DNA of 64,000 nt from an uncultured archaeon (lineage in GTDB: Archaea > Asgardarchaeota > Lokiarchaeia > Sigyniarchaeales > SOKP01): positions 64,593-128,592 of the forward strand of contig CAZWEM010000006.1 of assembly GCA_964632315.1 (NCBI GenBank). The letters run 5' to 3'. Shown here piece by piece: positions 9,315 to 18,658 of the stretch. A program made the position numbers and the translations under genes. The first letter of the stretch is position 1. Each line of letters begins with the position of its first letter. The notes under the pieces are model-generated. The model saw only the letters and a list, made by a program, of their open reading frames with translations. It was not told the DNA's origin and did not search any database.

Positions 9315-11911
9315 ATAATAAATTGAGAAAAATGGCAGTGAGTTTAGCAACAAGGAAAAAATTTTTAAAAGCCTTCCAAGAGGGAATTATCCAAGGACGT
9401 AAGTTGTTATTCGCTGCAAATCATCATTGGGGTGATCGTTTGCTAACGGATCTTTATTTTAAAATTGAAAAGAGTGATTGGATCGACATTCAAAAAAAGC
9501 ATCAACTCATTATGGTCCTTGCAAATTCATGGTGGATGTATGTAAATTCTCTATCCAAAGAAATAAGAGAGAATGATGTGGATCTTATTAAATACATTGA
9601 CGCTTACAAGAGATTTTATTCCTTTCTAATAAAAGTGGATGATTTTTACTTATTGAATAATTTCTTCACCAAACTCTTAAAAGACTTCATAAAAATGGAT
9701 GAGTTATCACTTTCTGGAATTACAAGCTTCATAAATTCGTTTTGTTTCAAGGTAAAAGAGAAAAATGAAGATCAAAAACTTATCGAGTTACAAATTCTTC
9801 TCACATATTTAAGAAAATCAGTTTTTCCACAAGATTTTTTCCATTTAAGCATGGAATTAATCGGTCGCACTATATTTAAAATAGAACCGGGAAAGAGAGC
9901 ATTGTTCCTTTACGTGCTTTTAGAAAATACCAATCTAGAATTTAATCTCATGGAAGATTCAGATGAGTTTGTAAAATACATATCAAAAACTCTAGTGAAT
10001 CGAATTCCTAGCTATTTGAAAACTAATTTGAGCAACGTTGCCAAAATTCAATTTAATGATAGAAATTATCAATCTTATATTGACGAACTCAGCGAATTAA
10101 TATATTATTTAAACAATATTGCTGAGGATTCTTGGATTATACTCATAATTAAAAATATTTTTTCAAAATTAAATAGATTTGCTTCTTTTGGAGAAGCCAT
10201 CACCTACATTCGCAAATTTATTGATTTTGCTGTAAAACGTAATCGATTCGAGTTAGCTTTTGCAATTTATGATTATTTAGAAGATTTATTTTTATCTCAG
10301 TCTGATTTAGGATATGATAATGTTTTAATAGAGCTTTGGCTTGAAGCCTCCAAAAAGTTCGTTATTATGAACGAAAAACGTTTTCTCTTACAATCATTAG
10401 AGAAGTTAAACAACTATCTTAAAATTCCACAGACTAATCCTCAAATCTTTCATTATTTCTATACAAGTGATATTTTGTGGCAATTTAAATCAAGATTTTT
10501 TTCACTGGATCAAAGAGATTTTTGGCGAATGATGTTCCATCGCGCCCTTTTCGAAGAGAACGATATTGAATTAGCTATAAAATTGCTACCATATTTAGAT
10601 AAGCAGATTCAATCTGTTCTTCCAGATCTAGATATATTGCTCAATGATGTGAAATCTCTCGTTAATGATGTTAAGTTTTTTGATGATGAAGATAACATTC
10701 CTAAATCTTTAATTGAACCTCTTGATATAAAGCAAATGATATTTAGAATTGACTCACATGGATTAATTTCATATCACTTTATTTTTACTAAGGATGAAAT
10801 TGTTGAGGGTCAAATTTTTAGTGAATATTGGAATGATGCACAATTATTTGAAATATTTAATAGTATTTACTCTGAAATTAAAGAATCAAGATTTGACTTT
10901 TCAATAACAGATTTAGGAAAATTAATGTATTTATTCTTAAACAAGTCCATTAGAACTTTATTTAAGCAATTTAAAGTTCAATCTTTGGGCCAGATTCCTG
11001 AAATATATTTCATTCTTGACCAAATGACGATCCCATTTGAATTAATATTTGATAATAATTTTTTCTTATTAAAATATTCAATTGGGTATATAATAGGAGA
11101 ACCTCCATTAGAAGGTATTTCTTTTGAGAAGAGAGAGAGATTAGAATCAATTAATAATGAGAAAAAATATAAGGTTTTAATAATTGAAAGTACTAATTCT
11201 TCAAATCCTTTAGTATGGAATGAACAACTGAAAAAGAAAGAATTACTTTTTAGCTTTCCAAATGGGCAAGAAGAACTGAGCTACATTCTTAATTTATTTA
11301 ATAATAGGGATGAAATTGGTGAGATTTCGGTATTAGTTGGAATAGATGCAACTCGCGAAAAAATATTATCTTCTCTAAGAAGTGGAGATTATTCAATAAT
11401 ACATTTTGTAGGAAATGTTTTTTACTCTGAACTAAATCCTTTCCATAGCTATTTCTTGACAAATGATAATGAATTAATCACTTTTTATGATATAAATAAG
11501 TTGTTCAAATCAATAAATAGATTACGTAAACCCTTGATTTTCTTTAATACTCAATTATTTGATACTAAAGGAGAAAGATTAGCTAATGCAATGAGAGCTT
11601 TTGGAGAAATTATGAAGAATTTTGATTTAAATTTAACTTGTGGAGTTTTAGCAAAAGTGATTCCGATCTTTGATGATGAAACTCAAACAATTACTTCTAA
11701 TTTCTATATTCATTTTCTCAATGAGCTAAGTCAAGGAATATCGCTTCTAAAAGCTCGCCAAGAATGCATGGTAAATAGATTAGAGAGATTAATTGAGCAA
11801 GATTTAAAAAGTTTAGATGATGCTGAGGGAAGTAAACACATAACAATCCAAAATTCAAAATCTATCTCTAGCTTCATTCTTTATGGGAAACCTTGGAAAA
11901 AAATAAATTAA
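9311..11911 (+). CDS. Alpha-helical protein with C-terminal CHAT (caspase-like) domain, probably catalytically dead
   Basis: IPFELI, ATREKIL..L..G.Y.IIHFVGN, LIFFNTQ, F...FY, SFILYGKP; the catalytic His and Cys positions are N and Q. Confidence 0.75.
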   Translation: MNNKLRKMAVSLATRKKFLKAFQEGIIQGRKLLFAANHHWGDRLLTDLYFKIEKSDWIDIQKKHQLIMVLANSWWMYVNSLSKEIRENDVDLIKYIDAYKRFYSFLIKVDDFYLLNNFFTKLLKDFIKMDELSLSGITSFINSFCFKVKEKNEDQKLIELQILLTYLRKSVFPQDFFHLSMELIGRTIFKIEPGKRALFLYVLLENTNLEFNLMEDSDEFVKYISKTLVNRIPSYLKTNLSNVAKIQFNDRNYQSYIDELSELIYYLNNIAEDSWIILIIKNIFSKLNRFASFGEAITYIRKFIDFAVKRNRFELAFAIYDYLEDLFLSQSDLGYDNVLIELWLEASKKFVIMNEKRFLLQSLEKLNNYLKIPQTNPQIFHYFYTSDILWQFKSRFFSLDQRDFWRMMFHRALFEENDIELAIKLLPYLDKQIQSVLPDLDILLNDVKSLVNDVKFFDDEDNIPKSLIEPLDIKQMIFRIDSHGLISYHFIFTKDEIVEGQIFSEYWNDAQLFEIFNSIYSEIKESRFDFSITDLGKLMYLFLNKSIRTLFKQFKVQSLGQIPEIYFILDQMTIPFELIFDNNFFLLKYSIGYIIGEPPLEGISFEKRERLESINNEKKYKVLIIESTNSSNPLVWNEQLKKKELLFSFPNGQEELSYILNLFNNRDEIGEISVLVGIDATREKILSSLRSGDYSIIHFVGNVFYSELNPFHSYFLTNDNELITFYDINKLFKSINRLRKPLIFFNTQLFDTKGERLANAMRAFGEIMKNFDLNLTCGVLAKVIPIFDDETQTITSNFYIHFLNELSQGISLLKARQECMVNRLERLIEQDLKSLDDAEGSKHITIQNSKSISSFILYGKPWKKIN

Positions 11912-11966
11912 AATATTCTCTCTATGATATAATATCTATTAAAAATAATAATTAGAAGGAAAATTT

Positions 11967-12503
11967 ATGTCTGAGAGACTCATTGAACTTAGAGTTGAAA
12001 ATCAAAGGTTAAAGGAACAAGTCAAAGATTTAGAAAATAAAGTCCTATCTCTCGTGGGAATGGTGAAATTTGAATCGTCTGGAGGACCTGAAAAAAAGAA
12101 CGTATTAAATAATCAACTTATTGAACTATTCAACACTACGAAAAAACAGCTTAATATAGTTACTCCAAAAGTAGATAAATTCTTTTCTACAGAATTAAAA
12201 AACTTGTCCAAGAAAGGAATACCAATTTTATTAATAATGAATGACAGAGGAAATCTCTCAAAACAATATCAACAAGTATATGATGAGTTAAAGTTAATTC
12301 CAGGAATAAAGATAATTAATAACCCCAATGTTCGGTATCTACTAGCTTTTAATTCAGAAGAAGCAATTTATGCGGGAGGATCTCTAGATAAGGAAGAACT
12401 TGAAAAATCAATTCTAATTGTAACCATCATTCGGGAGGCTTCTAAATTACGAAAAATTGCAGAAATTTTCTCTTTAATGCTCCCCTCATTCATGCGAACA
12501 TAA
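11967..12503 (+). CDS. Coiled-coil plus degenerate PLD/TrmB-like domain protein
   Basis: N-terminal heptads; LNIVTP...KGIPILLI...NPNVRYLLAFNSEEAIYAGGSL resembles the PLD fold but has no HKD. Confidence 0.55.
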   Translation: MSERLIELRVENQRLKEQVKDLENKVLSLVGMVKFESSGGPEKKNVLNNQLIELFNTTKKQLNIVTPKVDKFFSTELKNLSKKGIPILLIMNDRGNLSKQYQQVYDELKLIPGIKIINNPNVRYLLAFNSEEAIYAGGSLDKEELEKSILIVTIIREASKLRKIAEIFSLMLPSFMRT

Positions 12504-12577
12504 TTTAATCGTAAGTTAAGAACCCTCTATGTTTTAAATAATCTAACGAGAAATTTCAAGGTTAAAATGAATGAAAT

Positions 12578-14719
12578 ATGTCAGGTAATGAAAAAGCGGA
12601 TAAAAAGAGTCAAATTGCTTTAGAATTTGGATTAGGCACAAAGAATTATAAAGCTCTTACGAAACTACTTTCTCAAAATGTTAATAATACAAATAAAGAG
12701 TATATCAAAGCATTTAACGCTTGGAAATCCATTTTTAAGCCAATCTATGGGAATATTATCTCAAAAGAACTCTTTTTAAAGCATACATATTATTTTCTTT
12801 TACTCAAATTTTTATTAGCTTACAAGTTAGAGCAAAAATTTTTAGATTTAGATTCATACTTTAGTGAGGAGGGCAAGATTTTTAATTGGGCTCAAATAAG
12901 GTATCAAAATATCCTAAAAGTTTTGGATTTATCAATGGACATAGAATTTAAGGAAGAAGATTTGTTTAATCAGCTCTATCAGCAGATTTTTTCATCTAAA
13001 ACTCGTCATTTAAGGGGAGAATATTACACGGGCTCTGAGTTAGCAGGAAAAATGGTCATCGATTCGTATGAATTTGGCGATAGAGTTTTGGATCCTTCTT
13101 GTGGATCAGGAATCTTTATTATTGAAGTGCTTAAATTAATTTTATCATCTGATAAAGATCATGAATCTATAATCAAAGCAGTCCAAAATGTATTTGGTTT
13201 TGATATAAATCCTTTAGCTATCTTTACTTGTAAGGTGAATGGCTTATTAATCCTTTCGAACCATCTTGGTGAAAAAGATCTTTTTAATATTAATTTAAAT
13301 TTCATTAGATTAGATTCTCTATTCCCAAATGAGAAAGAAGTTGAAAAGTTGAAGCACAAGTTTAATTTAGTCATAGGAAATCCACCTTGGCTTACATACA
13401 AGGATCTTAAAAGTAAAACCTATCAAACAAAAGTAAGAAATTTAGCAAAAGATTTAGAAATCAAGCCTGCGAGTCAATATACAACTCATATAGAATTAGC
13501 TGCTATTTTTTTCTATCATGTAGCCATGGAATTCTTAAAAATCAATGGAACAATCTTTTTTGTAATGACTAAAAGTTGTTTAAATGGCGATCATTGTCAA
13601 AAATTCAGAGCATTCAAAAAATTTAAGAATCTTGAGATTTGGGATTTTCCCGATAATTATTTTTTCAATGTTAATCACGTGTGTTTGAAAGCTAGATACA
13701 TAGGGGATGAGGATAAAAGTGAAATTTCAGAAAAATATCCTATATCAACTAAAATTTTTGATGATGTTTTAAATCTGAAAAATGAATCCTATTATGATTC
13801 TATTGAAATCGTTAAAAATGGAGCGAGAGTAATACTTCCTATAACGAAGATAACTAAGTTACGCAAAGCTAAACAAAGTATTTATAATAAACTGTTTTGG
13901 CAGGGAGCGACGCTAGTTCCAAGATCACTTATTTTTTTTGAAATAGAGAACAAAGAGAGTGATTTTTATACAATCAAGCCAGATTTAGATGTTATTTCTC
14001 GAGCTAAGCAAAATTGGAAATTTCCCTTTAAACCAACAAAAATTGAAAAAAATTTTCGATTTATCACTTTTTTAAATAAAGATTTGGTTCCTTTTTGTAT
14101 AAAGAGGTTTAGAAATGTATTTCTTCCCGTAGATCGTGATGACTATGAATTTCATCTTAATAACCTTGAAGCTAATCCCTTGGCTAATAAATTCTATAAA
14201 GAACAAGACGAGGTTTATAAAAAGCATAAAAAAACAACAAGTGCAATTAATACGTTATTCGACAATTTAAATTATTGGAATAAACTCACGAAACAATCTG
14301 AAAACAAGAGTTTTATAGTAGTATATAATGCGAGCGGTTCAAATCTAAAATCTGCTGTAATAATCAATACCAAGAGAAAGATAATAATAGGTTCTGAAAA
14401 TTATTATTTCTCGACTTCCTCCCAGTATGAAGCATATTACTTATCTGCTATCTTAAATTCGCCTGTGTTATCAAAAAATATAAAAATAATAAAGTCAAGC
14501 CGTCATATCCATAAAAGACCCTTTTCATTTGCAATACCACAATATGATGACACTAATTCCATCCATCGAGGATTGGGAACAAAAGCTAAAAAATATCACA
14601 CGGTTGTACAAGATTTAGTTTTAAACAATCCAAAAATAAGCGCAGAAAAAATAAGGATGTTTATTCATCCTAAGTTAGATAAGTTGGACTCGTTAGTTAA
14701 TGAGATTGTGTTTAATTAA
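12578..14719 (+). CDS. N6-adenine DNA methyltransferase with C-terminal target-recognition region
   Basis: GEYYT, VLDPSCGSG (motif I), GFDINP, VIGNPPW (motif IV), YYLSAILNS. Confidence 0.9.
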   Translation: MSGNEKADKKSQIALEFGLGTKNYKALTKLLSQNVNNTNKEYIKAFNAWKSIFKPIYGNIISKELFLKHTYYFLLLKFLLAYKLEQKFLDLDSYFSEEGKIFNWAQIRYQNILKVLDLSMDIEFKEEDLFNQLYQQIFSSKTRHLRGEYYTGSELAGKMVIDSYEFGDRVLDPSCGSGIFIIEVLKLILSSDKDHESIIKAVQNVFGFDINPLAIFTCKVNGLLILSNHLGEKDLFNINLNFIRLDSLFPNEKEVEKLKHKFNLVIGNPPWLTYKDLKSKTYQTKVRNLAKDLEIKPASQYTTHIELAAIFFYHVAMEFLKINGTIFFVMTKSCLNGDHCQKFRAFKKFKNLEIWDFPDNYFFNVNHVCLKARYIGDEDKSEISEKYPISTKIFDDVLNLKNESYYDSIEIVKNGARVILPITKITKLRKAKQSIYNKLFWQGATLVPRSLIFFEIENKESDFYTIKPDLDVISRAKQNWKFPFKPTKIEKNFRFITFLNKDLVPFCIKRFRNVFLPVDRDDYEFHLNNLEANPLANKFYKEQDEVYKKHKKTTSAINTLFDNLNYWNKLTKQSENKSFIVVYNASGSNLKSAVIINTKRKIIIGSENYYFSTSSQYEAYYLSAILNSPVLSKNIKIIKSSRHIHKRPFSFAIPQYDDTNSIHRGLGTKAKKYHTVVQDLVLNNPKISAEKIRMFIHPKLDKLDSLVNEIVFN

Positions 14720-14842
14720 ATTCCTATGAGAATAAACAGTTGAATTTTCTTTAAAACTGTAGTTGATTTTCGAAAGGTTTTTCAATTTTAAATTATTTAA
14801 TTAAATGAGTTAAACTGTGAGAAATATTAGGGATTAACAAAA

Positions 14843-15991
14843 TTGAAATTTAAAGATATAGGCATTAGCAATCATTTTATTGATGCTTTAAATAAGTTAA
14901 ACATTACGACGCCAACTCCCGTCCAACTTAAAGCAATACCCCTCCTTTTAAAAGGACAACACGTAATGGCACAAGCTAGGACAGGAAGTGGAAAAACTTT
15001 GGCTTACCTTCTACCAATATTGGAAAACCTTGATTCCGCTTTCAATGAGGCTTTAATCTTGGTACCAACGAGAGAACTTGCTAAACAAGTTAATCGAGTT
15101 ATAAAAGATCTTAAACTCCACAAAGTACGATCCATGACAATTTACGGTGGAGTCTCCATTAACAATCAAATAAGAAAATTGGAGAAGGGAGTCAATATTA
15201 TAGTAGGAACACCCGGTCGAATCATCGACCTGTATAAAAGAAGAAAATTAAATTTACGGAAAATAAAATATATTTGTCTCGATGAAGCAGATCGGTTATG
15301 GGATTTTGGTTTTGCTCCAGATGTCAAATATATATTAAATCAAGTGAAGTCAAATTATCAATTCATGTTGTTTTCAGCAACATTACACTCAGAAATTAGA
15401 GATCTGGTTAAAGAGTATTCCAAAAATAAATTTGTGTTCATAAATTTAAGTAAGGATGATCTTACTGTTCATAATACGCGCCAATACTATTACCTTATAG
15501 ACTTTTTCAAGGATAAATATAAATCATTTATGAAAATTTTGAGAAATGAAAAGCCAAAACATGCACTTGTATTTGTCAATACAAAAAAGACGGCTAATTG
15601 GCTGGGAAGAAGGCTGAAGTCCCAGAAAAACATCAATTATAAAGTAGATATAATTTCAGGAAACTTATCTCAATTCCAGAGAGAAAAAATACTTAAAGGA
15701 TTCAGAGAACATAAAATCAATCTCTTAGTTGCTACTGATGTTGCTGCGAGAGGATTAGATATCGAGAATATCTCTCACGTTTTTAATTATGACATTCCCA
15801 AATTTCCTGAAAATTACGTTCATCGTATCGGGAGAACTTCAAGAATGGGTAAGGATGGTGTGGCAATTACTTTAGTATTAAAAGATGAATATGAATATCT
15901 ATGCCACATTGAAGGGATTATCGATAAAGAAATTCAAGAAAGGACGTTATTTATTCCACAAAAAAAGCATTATCATAACCCTTTTTATTAA
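14843..15991 (+). CDS. DEAD-box RNA helicase
   Basis: Q motif PTPVQ, TGSGKT, PTRELA, TPGR, DEAD, SAT, ARGLD, HRIGRTSR. Confidence 0.97.
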   Translation: MKFKDIGISNHFIDALNKLNITTPTPVQLKAIPLLLKGQHVMAQARTGSGKTLAYLLPILENLDSAFNEALILVPTRELAKQVNRVIKDLKLHKVRSMTIYGGVSINNQIRKLEKGVNIIVGTPGRIIDLYKRRKLNLRKIKYICLDEADRLWDFGFAPDVKYILNQVKSNYQFMLFSATLHSEIRDLVKEYSKNKFVFINLSKDDLTVHNTRQYYYLIDFFKDKYKSFMKILRNEKPKHALVFVNTKKTANWLGRRLKSQKNINYKVDIISGNLSQFQREKILKGFREHKINLLVATDVAARGLDIENISHVFNYDIPKFPENYVHRIGRTSRMGKDGVAITLVLKDEYEYLCHIEGIIDKEIQERTLFIPQKKHYHNPFY

Positions 15992-16065
15992 GTAAAAGGA
16001 GTATCAATTTACGATACTTTAAAAATTTCTATAATGATAATTAAATTATATATCAAATTTTAGGG

Positions 16066-17454
16066 TCATTTCTTTAATATTTGTCCACATTGTATACAAA
16101 AATCTGCATCTTCTTCATTTAAATACCCACAGTAATTACATATGATTTTATTGGAATCTATTATTTGAACTTTTAATTCCGCCTCTTGTTCTCTGGTTTC
16201 TAATCTACTATCTGGTTGGTTCTTATTAGATTCCATCTCTAATGCAGGAGAACCTAAATCTTCATCGGAAACCAAAGATATTTCTTCCATTTTCTTTTTC
16301 ATTTCTTCTTCCTGCAATTTCTCTCCTCTTAGTTCAAAATTCTGCAGTGAAAATGCATCTGATCTATCTTTTTCTTCAGATTTTAATTCTAAATTTAAAA
16401 GATCTCCTTTTTGCTGTTCTGATTCTTTAGCTATTATTTCTTCTTCAATTTTTTGCTTTTGAGCTGTAGTTGTACCTACTTGGCTAGGTTTCTGTGTGGA
16501 TGGGTACATCTCTTCCATATCTCTTTCTTTTTTAAATATTGATTTTTCTTCTATCTGTAAGTTTTGGATGGAAGGAGTTACTACACTAACTTTTTTGCGA
16601 TGTGCTATTTTTCCTCTTTTAATAAGAATTATTACTAAGACTAAAGTAATAATTAGTACAATTGTTATGGCTCCGATTGTAATAGGAAGTATTAAATATT
16701 TGCAAAATTCTTGTTCACCAGCTATATCTACACCATTATTACTAAAAATATTGTTAGAGATTATATTACATCTAGATTTTTCTCCAATATTAATTCCTAC
16801 ATCATTATTCCTTATGCTATTTCTTACTACTTGATTATCATTCATAATCCAAGAATTTATTCCGTGATTATTATTTTCTAAGGTATTCTCCGAAACTTGA
16901 TTATTATCAGAAAGATCGATTCGGATTCCAGACTCACAGAAAGTCGCTAAATTGCCAGTTATTATATTACTATCCGCATTATCAAGGTATATGCCAGTAT
17001 CTTGATTTTGATTTATAAAATTATCTTTTATTGTGTTATAACTACTTCGCCATGCATAAATCCCTTGAATATTATGTTGAATATCATTCCCCATAATTTT
17101 TCCATGTTGTACATTTTGTAGTACTATAGCTTCATCAGCATTGAAAAGAGTGCAATTCTGAATTATAAAATAGATGTTTTTAGAATCAATCGTAATACAA
17201 GCCCCAAAACCTTGCCCATCAATTTCTAAATCTTCAATTATATATGGATCTAAAGAAGTCCCAACTCCTGTACAAAGTCCATCGTCTTTTAAAGCGAGCC
17301 AATCAGGGATTGAATCAACATGAATCTTACTGGATATTCGTGAAAGCTTTGGATTTATTTCAGTCATAGTTTTTTGAGATATATTAGCCATTCTTGACGT
17401 AAAGACAGTATTAATTGGGATTATGATAATGGCCAAAAATACAATCCGAACCAA
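16066..17454 (-). CDS. Membrane-anchored right-handed beta-helix (NosD/CASH) protein with C-terminal zinc ribbon
   Basis: G.GT..DPYIIEDL, repeated N.I..N...N..GI, TM helix, CNYCG...FCIQCG; start codon uncertain. Confidence 0.85.
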   Translation of the reverse strand: MVRIVFLAIIIIPINTVFTSRMANISQKTMTEINPKLSRISSKIHVDSIPDWLALKDDGLCTGVGTSLDPYIIEDLEIDGQGFGACITIDSKNIYFIIQNCTLFNADEAIVLQNVQHGKIMGNDIQHNIQGIYAWRSSYNTIKDNFINQNQDTGIYLDNADSNIITGNLATFCESGIRIDLSDNNQVSENTLENNNHGINSWIMNDNQVVRNSIRNNDVGINIGEKSRCNIISNNIFSNNGVDIAGEQEFCKYLILPITIGAITIVLIITLVLVIILIKRGKIAHRKKVSVVTPSIQNLQIEEKSIFKKERDMEEMYPSTQKPSQVGTTTAQKQKIEEEIIAKESEQQKGDLLNLELKSEEKDRSDAFSLQNFELRGEKLQEEEMKKKMEEISLVSDEDLGSPALEMESNKNQPDSRLETREQEAELKVQIIDSNKIICNYCGYLNEEDADFCIQCGQILKK

Positions 17455-17763
17455 AACTTTCTGATTATATCTTATGATAATCGCACCCTAAATTTTAATG
17501 ATGATGATGTTACTTATAAATTTTCTATATATTAATTCAAATATTTTAAAAAAAGAATCACCAACAATAAGAACTTCATAAATTTGGCTGATAATCCATA
17601 TCGAATTTGATCCTCTTTACTAAATATCAAAGTAGGAAGAATTATCACGATAGTATTGAAGGGATATTCGATAATAAATTCACGAAAAGTTCCGTAAAGA
17701 ATATAATAATTATGTGTTTATTTATAATTTGAGAAGTCCAGATATGACTAAATATAAACTTAT

Positions 17764-18591
17764 GTGATGTTCAAAATGGCGTTTGATGTGGAGCAATTCT
17801 TAGCAGATTGTAAAACCAATGCAGTTGAGTTTGATCCCAATTTTCTTAATTTTCTCACTAAGATTGATTCAGAGTGTGCAAAAATTAAAGAAGTGTACTT
17901 TAAATATTCTGAAATAATTGAAATTGATGAATTGTATGAAAAAGATATCGAAAGATTATCGAATTATCTTAGAGAAATAGAACAAATATTTAATCGTTTG
18001 AGATCATTAATCGAATCTTATTTTAAAGAATTCACACTTCTTGAAGAAATTGGAAATAAATTCAAGCAGATTTTTGTGAAAGTTACGTACGTGTCCGAAT
18101 TAGGATACATAGGATTGCGCGTATCCGGAGGTTTAGAAAAGGATTTTATAGCTTTAGATTTGGAAAATCTTCAAGAAGCGATTGAAACCCTTCAATCAAC
18201 CATACAATTTCAAAGTAAGAATCCACCTACTTCCTATTTAACTGATACAGCTCTTGAGCTAGAGGGATTTTGTGAAGTGTTAGGATCATTAAATCGTCAG
18301 TTTCTACCCAATGTCATCCTATTGAAGCTTCCACCAAGATTATTACTACTCTATAATTCCATTGAAAGGATTACAAAGAGAATCCGAATGTTTTCTTCTT
18401 GTGTGGCTGATGATTATCTTACCAATTACATCTCTAGCGCTATAAAATCCTACAATAAAATTCAAAAAAAATCGAGATCTGAAAATAAAGAAGTGATTAG
18501 GATCAGAGGGAGTTCAGGATTGAAAATGAGACACCTTCCTCTTCTAGATCTTGCAAGTACCATCAAATTCCATTTTCTTCCTATATTTTAA
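17764..18591 (+). CDS. Hypothetical helical protein
   Basis: 275-aa ORF; no whole-domain match recognised. Confidence 0.6.
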   Translation: MMFKMAFDVEQFLADCKTNAVEFDPNFLNFLTKIDSECAKIKEVYFKYSEIIEIDELYEKDIERLSNYLREIEQIFNRLRSLIESYFKEFTLLEEIGNKFKQIFVKVTYVSELGYIGLRVSGGLEKDFIALDLENLQEAIETLQSTIQFQSKNPPTSYLTDTALELEGFCEVLGSLNRQFLPNVILLKLPPRLLLLYNSIERITKRIRMFSSCVADDYLTNYISSAIKSYNKIQKKSRSENKEVIRIRGSSGLKMRHLPLLDLASTIKFHFLPIF

Positions 18592-18658
18592 TGATCTCTC
18601 ATTTAATATATCTATTTTTGATAAAGATTAAGAAATAAATTTTTAAATTATATAAAAA

